A stretch of DNA of 64,000 nucleotides from an uncultured archaeon (GTDB taxonomy: Archaea > Asgardarchaeota > Thorarchaeia > Thorarchaeales > Thorarchaeaceae). Location: contig CAZSWP010000005.1 of NCBI GenBank assembly GCA_964610875.1, positions 37,728 through 101,727 on the forward strand. Reading direction: 5' to 3'. Shown here piece by piece: positions 9,107 through 19,463 of the stretch. The stretch's first letter is position 1; each line of letters opens with the position of its first letter. The position numbers were made by a program, and so were the translations under genes. The notes beneath the pieces were generated by a model that worked only from the letters and a program-made list of their open reading frames with translations, was not told the origin of the DNA and ran no database searches.

Positions 9107-10606
9107 GTGCCCAGTGTAATGCTTAGAGTAAAAGCTTTGGATTCAGTGAAAAATAAGGGCATTAAGAGAGATCACGAGTATAATCTCTATCTTGTCGATT
9201 CCCATCATCATATGGGCAGAGAATCAGGACATCAAAACACACCATCAACTGCATATGAGTTCTACACTTTACTATGGTTCGAATTGAAGCGTGCTGCATC
9301 AGAGATGAAGAACAATGATAGATTACTATTCAAACCAATAGATGTGCAACCACTTGACTTTGTTTCAGATGTATATTCGATAAGAAAGAGTTGGAGATCA
9401 CTATCCCATGGTTGGTTGGTAGATAGGACTGTTGTATTTCCTTATACTGATGATTACTCCTTACCAACGAAAAAAGGAAGAGCATCTTTTGAAGTGTCGA
9501 ATGAAAGGATTTCTGGTTGGACAACTAGGTCACCTCATTCATCGAGATTGATAGGTTTTGGACGTGTGAATCCATCAGATGCTGAACAGACATCAATTAA
9601 GGTCCCAGTTGGCGAGCTAGATCGTTGCGTAAGCAAACTTGGTTTAAGAGGTTTGAAACTTCATCCTCTCGCACAACTTTTTCTGGAAGATATCGAATCC
9701 AATCCTACAAAACAAATTGTGAAGAGAGCTGCAACTCATAAGATACCCATAATTTTTGATACACGTAATATCAAGACTGTGATGAGAATTCATAATTTAG
9801 TAAGAGCATTGGAAACTGAAGACAAATCAATTGTAGAAAATCTTAGAATCATTTTAGCTCACTGTGGCATGAGTCCCGCCGATTCTAGACTATATGATGC
9901 TCTTTCACACCCATGCATATTTGCGGACACATCCAGTCTACATGGACAAGATGTGCCTTTATTGTTCGAGAACGCATTTCGACGCCTTCCAACGTTTTGG
10001 TCAGACAAGCTCCTTTTTGGAACAGATTACAGTTTTCTTACAGTACAAGCAATAGATGTCATTCTCTATCTTCTATCAAAACAATTTCCTGGAACTCTAA
10101 TCGAAGCTCAGAAAATTCTTGCAGGGAATATTTTACGTCTAATTGGAAGACCATTTTCACGAAACACGGGGAAGACTCCACCTCAAAGACTATTGGGACC
10201 TTTGGAATGCGGAAGCACAAGAAAGGGGATAGAACAAGAGATTATCAGATTGATAAAAAGCAAGGCATGGTCATTGGCGTCTATTGATTTTATGCTACCG
10301 CCAAATCATACTTGGCCAGAAATACAACCCATTACAGAGGGAGGAGAAAATGGAATATACAAGAATTCAATGATTGTTTCACTAATAGATGAGAACAATG
10401 ATGAAGTTCAGATCTGGATTCATGAGCTTCCGGATAATCTTATTGGCGTAGTTCTTTCTGGAACTAACAATATGTATTGTATTGATACATTGGAGTATTC
10501 AAGTCAAGCACTGCAAAAGGTTCTGACACAAGAATTAGTAGCGAAAACAATCTATGTCAAAGATAGTAAATCATTGGCGCGAGAGATTTTCCAAAGATTA
10601 TCATAA
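9107..10606 (+). CDS. Amidohydrolase_2-family metallohydrolase with C-terminal extension
   Basis: VDSHHHMG, GLKLHP, LAHCG, ADTS, LLFGTDY, KILAGN. Confidence 0.8.
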   Translation: MPSVMLRVKALDSVKNKGIKRDHEYNLYLVDSHHHMGRESGHQNTPSTAYEFYTLLWFELKRAASEMKNNDRLLFKPIDVQPLDFVSDVYSIRKSWRSLSHGWLVDRTVVFPYTDDYSLPTKKGRASFEVSNERISGWTTRSPHSSRLIGFGRVNPSDAEQTSIKVPVGELDRCVSKLGLRGLKLHPLAQLFLEDIESNPTKQIVKRAATHKIPIIFDTRNIKTVMRIHNLVRALETEDKSIVENLRIILAHCGMSPADSRLYDALSHPCIFADTSSLHGQDVPLLFENAFRRLPTFWSDKLLFGTDYSFLTVQAIDVILYLLSKQFPGTLIEAQKILAGNILRLIGRPFSRNTGKTPPQRLLGPLECGSTRKGIEQEIIRLIKSKAWSLASIDFMLPPNHTWPEIQPITEGGENGIYKNSMIVSLIDENNDEVQIWIHELPDNLIGVVLSGTNNMYCIDTLEYSSQALQKVLTQELVAKTIYVKDSKSLAREIFQRLS

Positions 10607-10675
10607 AGCTTCACTCTTACTATTCTTTATAACATTATAACTCAATTCTATGACAGCTAACTTGAACTGGAGGAA

Positions 10676-11971
10676 ATTAAAATCACCAACAAAATCAGTC
10701 TCGAAATCATTGATGGTGGAGATCTTCGAGGTTATGCACATCTACATCCAGCAACAGCGGAATCTCTTGAAGCCGAGATTGGGTCAATTGTGATTTTTGA
10801 AGATCCAAACAGTAGTTTTTGGGGAGCATCTGAGATAAGAAAAAATGATGAGGTTGATAAAGACAAAATCATTATTGATTCACTTGTTCTTGAAGCGTCC
10901 TTACTTATGGAAGGAGACACAGTGGAAGCCGTTCTCTATGATAGTGATATGATTGCTCTCGATTATGTTGAATTTGGTCTCAAACCACTCACAGAAGATG
11001 CCAACACAGATGACCTAGTATCACGAGCTGCAAAAGAAGTTGAATCACTAGAGAAACTGATTGGAGGTCGTCTAGTCTATCCAGGAATGTCATTTAATTG
11101 GGCTGATTTAGATGTTAAGGTCGAAATTATGAATACAAGACCAAATCTTGTAGGAAAGAGCTTTGCAAAACTTGCATTTGAAGCACTGAAGGAACGAACA
11201 GGTTATCAGTTCAAAACGGTGGGTATTGCAACTCCCTTTAATGCGATTCTTTGTATTGATACAAGTGGCTCCATGAAAACCACAGATGTTCCAGTTCAAG
11301 ATATTGCACATGCAAGGGAGGGACTAAAAGACCTTGCAGGAGACAATCCAGAAGTTCAGGCATTCCTAGACAGATTTGAAGAGGGGAGAAATGTGAGTAG
11401 AGCTGAAGCTGCAGCAATGGCGGTTCTGCTTTACTTAGCAGAAAAAGTAGGAAGAGGTTACGGCGAAAAAGTTGCGGTCATCACCTTTGAGAAAGAGGTT
11501 TCAGAGATGACATTCCTAAACTCAGACACAGGAGAGGTGATGCCATTTGTCGAATGTACAGGAAGAGAGAAGGCATTGGGTCTGCAAATAATCAGCACAC
11601 ATGTTGTTGACAAAGTTGAAGAGGGGGGAACACTCACAAATATGGGCAGTGCTCTGGAGAAAGCTCATGACATCCTTGAGTCTTTTGGAGACCCCACAAA
11701 GCCAACAATGCTTATACTTCTCACTGATGGAATGACCACTACTGGTCCACCACCATTAAAACTCCTGAAAGACAAATTCACCGATAGAAGCCGCATCGTA
11801 TTATACACCATTGGTCTTGGAGAAAGAAGTGAGATTGATGAAGAATTAATGCTTGCCATTTCTCAGTATGGTAATGGTAATTATAGACATGTAGATAATA
11901 TGAGAGATCTTCTCGAATGGTATGGACGGCTAGCTAGTGAATTCGCAATTGTGGTTAGAGAATCAAACTAG
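10676..11971 (+). CDS. Cdc48/VAT-N-like domain fused to a vWA domain (intact MIDAS)
   Basis: Frame is open from 10661; GYAHLHPATAESLEAEIGSIVIF and IIIDSLVLEASLLMEGDTV resemble double-psi barrel halves; vWA motifs LCIDTSGSM, TNMGSAL, ILLTDG, YTIGLG; start uncertain (ATT 10676 / ATC 10682 after GGAGGA). Confidence 0.75.
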   Translation: MKITNKISLEIIDGGDLRGYAHLHPATAESLEAEIGSIVIFEDPNSSFWGASEIRKNDEVDKDKIIIDSLVLEASLLMEGDTVEAVLYDSDMIALDYVEFGLKPLTEDANTDDLVSRAAKEVESLEKLIGGRLVYPGMSFNWADLDVKVEIMNTRPNLVGKSFAKLAFEALKERTGYQFKTVGIATPFNAILCIDTSGSMKTTDVPVQDIAHAREGLKDLAGDNPEVQAFLDRFEEGRNVSRAEAAAMAVLLYLAEKVGRGYGEKVAVITFEKEVSEMTFLNSDTGEVMPFVECTGREKALGLQIISTHVVDKVEEGGTLTNMGSALEKAHDILESFGDPTKPTMLILLTDGMTTTGPPPLKLLKDKFTDRSRIVLYTIGLGERSEIDEELMLAISQYGNGNYRHVDNMRDLLEWYGRLASEFAIVVRESN

Positions 11972-11976
11972 TAATC

Positions 11977-13290
11977 TTATCTCGGTTCAAGAGCTTCAGC
12001 TAGACCTTTGAGTGTATCAACGTCCATTTCTTCAATCTGCTCTTCAGGTATTCCATCCAACATGTCTTGGGGTAAAGTTATCAGAATTTTCGCTTTCTTC
12101 ACACCATATTTCGATACAAAATACTCTTCACGTGATTCTTGATCAGAAGGACCAGTACTTTCTTCTAGAAGCTCTTCGATCTCTGCTTTTTTCATCCGCT
12201 TCAATGTACTTGGTGCGATTTCTTCCTTTACTTCATCGGGAAGGGATTTAATAAGCTCCTTCTTAGTTTTTGGTGTGTCATCAGATTCTCTAAAACTCTT
12301 TTCTTCTTCAGACATCTCTTCATCATCAGTTGCAATCAGTGCCTCCAAATCTTCAATACTGAGTTCGTTAAGAGCTCCCTCTGGCAAAGAATCTTTGACC
12401 TCATCTGGAATCTTCTCAATCAAATCTTCTCTTGATTTAGTCTTCTTTTTAGGGACTTTCTTTACCTTTCGAACCTTCACTTTCTTCTTTTTCTTCTTAG
12501 AAGGAGGCTTCTCTTCTGGTTCTTCCTCTCTCTCAGGGAGTGACTCCTTAAGTGAGTCCACTAGTTCTCTTGCGGTCTTTACAGTCAATCGACGCATATC
12601 TTCAGGAGGGAGTGTTTTACGAATCTCCTCAGGTAACTCCGCGAGTATTTCTTCGACTTCATGAGAAATACCGGTCTTTGCCGAGGGGGTAGTAGTAGCA
12701 ACTGAAGGTACTTCTGCATCAGGTAGAATTATAGGACGTGCTTCAAGTTCTTCTTCTAACATTTGAGTATCAATTTCAACATTCTCAAATCCTTCACTTT
12801 TCCATCGAAGAAGTTTGTTGATTGCTACTTCACTTAATTTCAGACCCGAAAGAAAGAGTTGTATTTCTTCATCAGTCATATCTGGAAAGTCATCTAAAAT
12901 TTTATCAATGTCTTCCTTAGGAACTCTTGCCCAAATTGGACCGTTCATCAGTTTTGAGAGACCTCGTGCACAATGAGAACGTACCCAAGTGTTTGAATCC
13001 TTGAGACCTTTAAGAAGATTAGGAACTGTTCTTGGTTGATGATAGAAAGCTAAGGCTTCAGCAGCAGCAATTCTAACATCCTCTTCATCATCAGAGAGAG
13101 ATTTTACTATCTCGTTTACTATCTCAGGATCGCCAAGATCAATAGATGCAAATAAGGCGCGTTCTCGAACAACATCGGAAGCGTCTCCAAGTGCACGAAT
13201 AAGTTCTTCTCGTGCTTTCTTGTTTTCTCTCGCTTTCTTTGCTACAACTTCCGTTTCGAAATCCAATAGTAACCTTCTGGTTTCTGACAA
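11977..13290 (-). CDS. HEAT-repeat protein with charged C-terminal helical repeats
   Basis: LGDASDVVRERA, LSDDEEDVRIAAAEAL, LKDSNTWVRSHCARGL; four LPEEI-type repeats; Lys-rich tract. Confidence 0.8.
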   Translation of the reverse strand: MSETRRLLLDFETEVVAKKARENKKAREELIRALGDASDVVRERALFASIDLGDPEIVNEIVKSLSDDEEDVRIAAAEALAFYHQPRTVPNLLKGLKDSNTWVRSHCARGLSKLMNGPIWARVPKEDIDKILDDFPDMTDEEIQLFLSGLKLSEVAINKLLRWKSEGFENVEIDTQMLEEELEARPIILPDAEVPSVATTTPSAKTGISHEVEEILAELPEEIRKTLPPEDMRRLTVKTARELVDSLKESLPEREEEPEEKPPSKKKKKKVKVRKVKKVPKKKTKSREDLIEKIPDEVKDSLPEGALNELSIEDLEALIATDDEEMSEEEKSFRESDDTPKTKKELIKSLPDEVKEEIAPSTLKRMKKAEIEELLEESTGPSDQESREEYFVSKYGVKKAKILITLPQDMLDGIPEEQIEEMDVDTLKGLAEALEPR

Positions 13291-13483
13291 CGGCCTGTTC
13301 TCCCAATTTTATGAATATTCTTTTGTATACATCTATCATGAATCGATGTATCACAAGAGGTCGAATTGTATCAACTACTTAAATCAGTTGGCTCTATGTA
13401 TATCCTTTTTGTATGAATACGCAATACACAGAAAATATCCCTCTGAAAGAAGATACTTAAACAAGGGAGAGTTCAGCTCGCAC

Positions 13484-14326
13484 ATGGCGTTTGAAATGGA
13501 TTCTCAGAGAGAGCTGAATACAGTTAGGATAGTGCTCTTCGTATTTGTCATGTTTTTAGTTGTAGAGTTCTATCCTGTGATAACAGGTCTTGTAGAAGGC
13601 ACAGAAGCGTACGGTCTTGTGGCAACAGCAGGTTTCTTCCTTCATTTCTTCTTCATGTATATTGCAGTAATTGGGTTTCTGAAGTGGGAACAATCCACTT
13701 CAGAATCCAGACGTCCATTAACAACCGATGATCTTGGAGCTAGCATTGACGATCGAAATTTTCTAAAGAATTTGATAATCGGAGCATTAGCAGGAACTAT
13801 CGCGGCTGGGTCAGTTTTAGTTATTGCAAGTATATTCAATGCCGATTTGCGACCACTAAATGAAATCACAGCTGACTTAATTCTAAATCAGATAATAATC
13901 ACTATACCAACTGCTTTCATTGAGGAACTTGCTTATCGCGGATACATGCTAACAAGAATGAGTAGACTCTGGGGACGAGGCATAGGAATAATAGTCAGTT
14001 CTGTGGTATTTTCTTTGTTTCATTTTAATTGGTGGTTTCCATTGGGAACAGTACCTATGCTATTGGTTGGCTTGTTCACATTGAATCTGTTTCTTGGAGG
14101 TGTGGTGCTTTCAATTGGTTATTTCTACTCCGGAGAGAAACTATGGTTGCCAGTGGCATTTCATTTCATGTGGAATATGATTGCATATCTATTCTTTCTG
14201 AATTATCCGAGAGATACTGTATTGATGCCTGAAATCTTTCAAATTGAATGGGGAATTACAACAGTAATAGGATTCCTGATAGGGTTAGTTGTAATAATTC
14301 TGGCTTTAAGAACCTCAAAGAAATAA
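13484..14326 (+). CDS. CPBP (CAAX/Abi, Rce1-like) intramembrane protease
   Basis: EELAYRG, FSLFH, FHFMWN; start moved to MAFEMD to avoid overlap with the divergent gene. Confidence 0.88.
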   Translation: MAFEMDSQRELNTVRIVLFVFVMFLVVEFYPVITGLVEGTEAYGLVATAGFFLHFFFMYIAVIGFLKWEQSTSESRRPLTTDDLGASIDDRNFLKNLIIGALAGTIAAGSVLVIASIFNADLRPLNEITADLILNQIIITIPTAFIEELAYRGYMLTRMSRLWGRGIGIIVSSVVFSLFHFNWWFPLGTVPMLLVGLFTLNLFLGGVVLSIGYFYSGEKLWLPVAFHFMWNMIAYLFFLNYPRDTVLMPEIFQIEWGITTVIGFLIGLVVIILALRTSKK

Positions 14327-14331
14327 TATTG

Positions 14332-14357
14332 GAGTGGGTATTATGACCTACCCACTC
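14332..14357. terminator. Hairpin between convergent genes
   Basis: GAGTGGGTA-N8-TACCCACTC. Confidence 0.55.
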
Positions 14358-14359
14358 TT

Positions 14360-15067
14360 CTAATTCGTCATTGACGCATCGGATTCTCGTGAAACAATCA
14401 TTGTCATGCCACTAATACCTAGCACTGCAACTTTTTCACCAGAACTAATTGGTGGTCCAGTTGTTCTTGCCCACCAGATTTCCGCTCCGAATTTCACCTT
14501 TCCTCTTGGATTAATATCTGTGATAGCCTTGACTTCACGGAATTGCCCATAATTCCATTCAGGCCACTTATCATAGTCACGAAGGGCAAACCAATAGATC
14601 GCCATAAGACATACAATAGTACCCGTCATGATGTATACTGTTGTACGAAGTGTTGGGTCAACGAAAGCTGAAACAATGATAGCTAATCCATAGACCGGAA
14701 ACAGCTTCAATGCCACTTTTGCATCCACAAAGCCGCCCTCTAGGACTCCGCTTCCGCCAGTAAACATTGCGAACATCAGATACAGCATGATTCCAACGAT
14801 TATCAGCATCCAAGGCTCAAATGTGAATGTGGGATTGAGAAAAATCTGGAATACGAACAGGATAATAATCAGTGGTACAACGACTTGTGCCATCGCTTTT
14901 CCTGATGCGGGTTCTAATGTTACTACAAGGAGTGTAAGTAGCACTCCAAGAAGAATCAATCCCATAAAGGGATTCATTGTGATTATCCCGACAGCTAACC
15001 CAAGAGCTGACATTAGCATTAGAACCACGAATATTTTTACCCAAGCGTCCATTTCTCTTTCCACCAA
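14360..15067 (-). CDS. NfeD-like membrane protein (C-terminal OB domain)
   Basis: TM helices, then GKVKFGAEIWWAR...GEKVAVLGISGMTMIV; directly downstream of the SPFH gene. Confidence 0.8.
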   Translation of the reverse strand: MVEREMDAWVKIFVVLMLMSALGLAVGIITMNPFMGLILLGVLLTLLVVTLEPASGKAMAQVVVPLIIILFVFQIFLNPTFTFEPWMLIIVGIMLYLMFAMFTGGSGVLEGGFVDAKVALKLFPVYGLAIIVSAFVDPTLRTTVYIMTGTIVCLMAIYWFALRDYDKWPEWNYGQFREVKAITDINPRGKVKFGAEIWWARTTGPPISSGEKVAVLGISGMTMIVSRESDASMTN

Positions 15068-15082
15068 CCACTAACAAATTGA

Positions 15083-15910
15083 CTATTCATCTCTGCCTTT
15101 ATTCTTTGGCAACCTCATTCCACCAGTACCCGCAGTCAGCGCTGCAGCAGTACCTACTGTCGTGCCTACCTCAGGAAGGTTAGTTGGAACCATTATGATA
15201 AGATTAGCATTCTTGCTGATCTCCTGCATGATGTTCCATGTACGCAGTACAAAACCGATGTTTGATTCTTCATACATTCGAGCTGCCTTGAGCATAGCTT
15301 CTGAAGATTCAAGCTCTGCTTGTGCGAGAGTTATCCTTGCTCTCCTTTCTCGCTCTGCCTGAGCTTCTCTACTCATAGCATCTTGCAATTGAGTCGGAAT
15401 TACAACATCACGTATCTCAACAGCAGTGACTTTAACACCCCAGTGTTCAGTCTTCTCATCAATGAGTTCCTGCAAATGAGCTGCAATTTTATCACGCTCT
15501 GAAAGCAACTCATCAAGTGTTACTTTGCCATTAGTTTCACGGAGTGTGGTCTGTGCAGCAAGCTCCACTGCGATTGTGTACCGTTCTACACTCAGAATTG
15601 CTAATTCAGGGTCAATCACTCTGAAATACATGACTGCGTCGACGACAACTGGAACGTTGTCTTTGGTCAGCGACCGTTCTGTCTTGAAAGCATATGTCTG
15701 CAATCTCAATGATACTCTCATAGCTACTTTATCCAATAATGGCCATACCCAGATAATACCTGGGCCTTTTATGTGCTTGAATTTGCCAAGTCGGAGAATT
15801 GCGACACGCTCCCATTCCTTCAACACCTTGATTCCGCTAGCAACGAACATCAAGAGGAAGAAACCTATTACTACAAATACAAATGTTAATGCAAATACAT
15901 CCAGCTGCAA
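15083..15910 (-). CDS. SPFH/band-7 stomatin-like protein
   Basis: EWERVAILRLGK, GPGI, LTKDNVPVVVDAV, WGVKVTAVEIRD, AERERRA. Confidence 0.93.
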   Translation of the reverse strand: MQLDVFALTFVFVVIGFFLLMFVASGIKVLKEWERVAILRLGKFKHIKGPGIIWVWPLLDKVAMRVSLRLQTYAFKTERSLTKDNVPVVVDAVMYFRVIDPELAILSVERYTIAVELAAQTTLRETNGKVTLDELLSERDKIAAHLQELIDEKTEHWGVKVTAVEIRDVVIPTQLQDAMSREAQAERERRARITLAQAELESSEAMLKAARMYEESNIGFVLRTWNIMQEISKNANLIIMVPTNLPEVGTTVGTAAALTAGTGGMRLPKNKGRDE

Positions 15911-16053
15911 TATCGTGTTACTCCCAAAAACCTAATTCACTTTAGGTTCACAAGTGAACGGTATAGAAACTCCCGTTCTAAGTAACCATTTACGTGAAGG
16001 CTTATGAAGTTTAACACTTCTCTCATTTTCTTGACAACAATTTTGATCTTCAG

Positions 16054-16857
16054 CTACTTGATGTCCTCATCTAATTCCAGTATTTCTGTTTCTGGATTCA
16101 GTCTGAGTGGAAGACCAAGACCAATCCGAATAGCACTAATTGATACCGCTGAAACAACCAATGTAGCAATAAAAGCCCCAATAAAACGCTCAATGGGATA
16201 CACGAAGGTAATGGGTAGATAAATCGCAGCCAGGGCCTCGACATTAAAACCAGTCACAAAGACAAGATAGTACACTGTTATTGCACTGCCTATAGAACTA
16301 TCAACAATTAACCCTGTAAGTATTACAAGGAATAGAGCTGGGGCGGTTAGCGGTTTTACTAGATCTGGATGTAAATCAAGTAATGAATACAGTTTTGCAC
16401 CGATTGGGGGGATGATTATAGGAATGTTCACAAGGAACATGACTACAAATAGCCATACGTAGATTATGGTTTGTTCCCCAATGGGACTAACAAGATAGAG
16501 AAGCGTTGATACAGCCAAGAACAGAGGACTAACCCACATTTTCATTTCTCTAAAGGACCCGACTGAGATTGCACATGCAGTAGGAGCTAGTGTTGGCACG
16601 ATTGGACCAAGAATACCACCCAAATTGAAAACACCTACACCCAATAAGGAACCAATGAAAACAGAGATTGCCCCATAGATTGGACCCAATAGAAAGCCGA
16701 TTACTGGGGCAGAGATCATTCCCCATGTAATGAAGCCTCCACCTGTCCCCAGTACACTATAAGGAATCAATGACATTACTGTGTGAAAAGCGGCAAATAT
16801 GCCTACTAAAGCCCATGGATATGCTTTTGAATCAACAAAATTGGACAAAGAATACAC
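16054..16857 (-). CDS. Membrane protein, ECF S-component-like
   Basis: APVIGFLLGPIYGAISVFIG pattern; multi-TM. Confidence 0.55.
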   Translation of the reverse strand: MYSLSNFVDSKAYPWALVGIFAAFHTVMSLIPYSVLGTGGGFITWGMISAPVIGFLLGPIYGAISVFIGSLLGVGVFNLGGILGPIVPTLAPTACAISVGSFREMKMWVSPLFLAVSTLLYLVSPIGEQTIIYVWLFVVMFLVNIPIIIPPIGAKLYSLLDLHPDLVKPLTAPALFLVILTGLIVDSSIGSAITVYYLVFVTGFNVEALAAIYLPITFVYPIERFIGAFIATLVVSAVSISAIRIGLGLPLRLNPETEILELDEDIK

Positions 16858-17155
16858 CTACTCCATGTTGATGGTTTGCAATCCTAGTATGATATAACGT
16901 TTCCTAAAAAAACGGCTCTGTAGAAAAAGTCTGGTCTATGTCAGATGGAATCATCATTTAGCTTACAATATCTCAATAATTCACAAAATAACTACATAAA
17001 TCGTCTAACAAAAGGGGTATAATCTAAATGATATCCGAATTATTCTACAGAGCCTAAAAAAACACAAATCGAATGAGAGGAATAACTCGAGCAGGTGTGA
17101 CTATTAGAACGAACGCTTCAGATGGAAATATGGTATCAGGGCCTATCAAGTGGCA

Positions 17156-18076
17156 TTAAATGCTCCTTAATGCTCTCGCCAACCCATCAGACTCCACTTT
17201 AGACTTGATGTCGATTTCCTCTGATTCAGCCATCTTCAGAAGCGGAGGCATAAGAGCCATCTCGATTCCAATATGCTTTGCCAGCTGGGTTTCTTTTAGT
17301 TTTGCGTCAGACACTCTGAGGATCTCTTTCAACTTTTCATATGCATAATATATCTTAGATAACTCGTTCTTCAGTTTGAAAGAACCATCTTTATCATCAA
17401 GGGATTCTTTCACCATATTCTCAAAACGATGAATGTCAATCTTCATCCCTTCATAGATATACTTACGTTCTTGAAGATCATAAATGCAAGGTTGTCTATC
17501 TTTTATGGAGGGGATTTGAATGTGTGGAATAGTATGAAGTGCAAGATCTTGATTTGTGAATAAATCAGATATTCTACGCAAGATTTTGGAACCTGTATCG
17601 GGGTCGTCATGAATCAAGTACACAGGATTTGAAAGAAGGATTTGCATTAGCAGATTTCCGAGAACTTTTACATTCTCCTTTTTTCCTAAGCCAAAAGAAT
17701 CGAGTAGTTCGGGGAGATTGATATTAGCGCTTGCAGGTAATTCTGGCGCTGCTTTTTCTTCGGCAATCGCATCTTCACCCTCAGCAACAATCGCATAAGG
17801 ATATTCGATTCCTCGCACAGTAAGATTTCTGTCAAGATAAACCATAATCGCGTGAGGGGGCTCACCATGCATCGAAACGAGAGGTGTGATTACAGTAGAG
17901 ATGGCTCTAAGCTTAGTTACGTCAACAAGAATTCCTATATTCCTTTTGCATATCTTGCAGAACACGAAGATTTCTGTTGAATCCGAATCATGAGCACTAT
18001 CTGTGGACAAGAAAACACCTGCTAAGTTGTGCGTTTCCATACAATTGAATTTTTCCATTTCGAAGAAGCCCATCAT
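17156..18076 (-). CDS. Hypothetical protein with CxxC...HxxxxH putative Zn domain
   Basis: FCKICK...MHGEPPHAIMVYLDRNLTVRGIE; helical C-terminus. Confidence 0.65.
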   Translation of the reverse strand: MMGFFEMEKFNCMETHNLAGVFLSTDSAHDSDSTEIFVFCKICKRNIGILVDVTKLRAISTVITPLVSMHGEPPHAIMVYLDRNLTVRGIEYPYAIVAEGEDAIAEEKAAPELPASANINLPELLDSFGLGKKENVKVLGNLLMQILLSNPVYLIHDDPDTGSKILRRISDLFTNQDLALHTIPHIQIPSIKDRQPCIYDLQERKYIYEGMKIDIHRFENMVKESLDDKDGSFKLKNELSKIYYAYEKLKEILRVSDAKLKETQLAKHIGIEMALMPPLLKMAESEEIDIKSKVESDGLARALRSI

Positions 18077-18118
18077 TTCATACTATAGGATTGAGGATAA
18101 TAGGCTTCTTGCGGATAT

Positions 18119-18886
18119 TCAAGTTGGTGGTTGTCTGAGTACAGCTATTGCTAGCAATAGCATACCAATCCCGCCCAAGGGAGGATTGAGGAATGCGGTC
18201 ACAGGTGATAGGAAGGTCACCTGTCCAAGGACAACTAGAGCCCAACCAATCAAGAGGCTAAGAGCTTTTGTCCTATAGAAGGCTTCAGTTTCGCGTATTA
18301 CCATCTGAATGAGGAGTATGAATGTGATAGCAGCTGTAGTCAGAATAAACACGAGTACGAGAGCGTAATTCGGAATAAAGGGACTAAGAGAGTAATGAGC
18401 TAACGAATCATCAGTGAATGTATAGACTGCATCAGAAGTTAGCGTAACGAAAACCTCTGCAACTAGCTCGATTGCTACCACTGCTAGTATTGCTTTGTAG
18501 ACCTTCTCCATTAAAGTACCTTCTTTCTGTTTTATTAAAGGAAGGACAATGAAAAATGTGAGAAGCGTTGCAAGCATCATTGGGGCAATCAAGGTAAACC
18601 TGAATAATAGGATATCCTCAGGTTGACTTGCAGTATAGAAACCTCGTGCAAAGAACATGACTCCAGTAATTACGTAGGTCAATAAGAACAAAGAAAAAAT
18701 CAAAGTTAAGAAATTCCTCTCGGTGATGTATCGACGGAGCGTCAATATGAAACAGATACCAAGAAGAATTGAACCGAGTAGAAATGTGAAATGTACTATT
18801 CCAAACATCGCAAACACCTCAATAATAATAAACATCGATTTACTTACGTATAGATGTTTTCCTGATATCATATATAGGGATATCAA
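18119..18886 (-). CDS. Multi-pass (about 7 TM) membrane protein
   Basis: Hydrophobic helix pattern; true start may be MFGIVH. Confidence 0.65.
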   Translation of the reverse strand: MISLYMISGKHLYVSKSMFIIIEVFAMFGIVHFTFLLGSILLGICFILTLRRYITERNFLTLIFSLFLLTYVITGVMFFARGFYTASQPEDILLFRFTLIAPMMLATLLTFFIVLPLIKQKEGTLMEKVYKAILAVVAIELVAEVFVTLTSDAVYTFTDDSLAHYSLSPFIPNYALVLVFILTTAAITFILLIQMVIRETEAFYRTKALSLLIGWALVVLGQVTFLSPVTAFLNPPLGGIGMLLLAIAVLRQPPT

Positions 18887-19463
18887 GGAATATCAGACCA
18901 CTCTACACAATTTACTCCTCGCGGAAAATTGATCTTTGTAACTCGCCTACTTCAGTAAGATCTAATCGGATTCTTTTCAGTATAGTATGATTGTATAAAG
19001 TGAAAATTTGATAAGTAGAAGCATCGAGATTTTTATTGGCGGTTTCGATGAGGCATAGGTCTGATTCTGAGCTTCGGCTATGACGAATCGGTGAGCAGCT
19101 GAGAACCACCACTTCCTAAATAGCAAGAAGTAATCATAATGCTTCTTTGATTCTAAATATTATCCATAATCCTTATTTTTTAATTTTAAAATACCATAAT
19201 TCCTAATATCTATAAGGGCTCAAACCTAATTTACCTAAGGAAAACGTAGGTATAGAACGAGTGACGTTCGGACCTGTCAATTATCAGACAGGTAGTGACA
19301 ATCAAAAGATTCAGACAGTATTCCCCCTACTTTTTTCTCCAAATATCTGTCTGATAGAAAGGTGAAAGTAAATGTGTGAGAAGAAAATGATCAGTGTACC
19401 AGTACCAGTTAGCGAATGGCCTGAACTTGATAGAAATGGAGCCATAGTGAGTAGAATGACAGC

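Noticed and set aside
12275-12664. Ser/Phe-rich 129-aa ORF
   Set aside because: Antisense of the Glu/Lys-rich tail of the HEAT protein
13220-13483. N-terminal extension of the CPBP protease ORF
   Set aside because: Overlaps the divergent gene and its promoter; ATG at 13484 fits better
18912-19112. 66-aa ORF in an AT-rich gap
   Set aside because: No motif or convincing ribosome-binding site; cannot be supported
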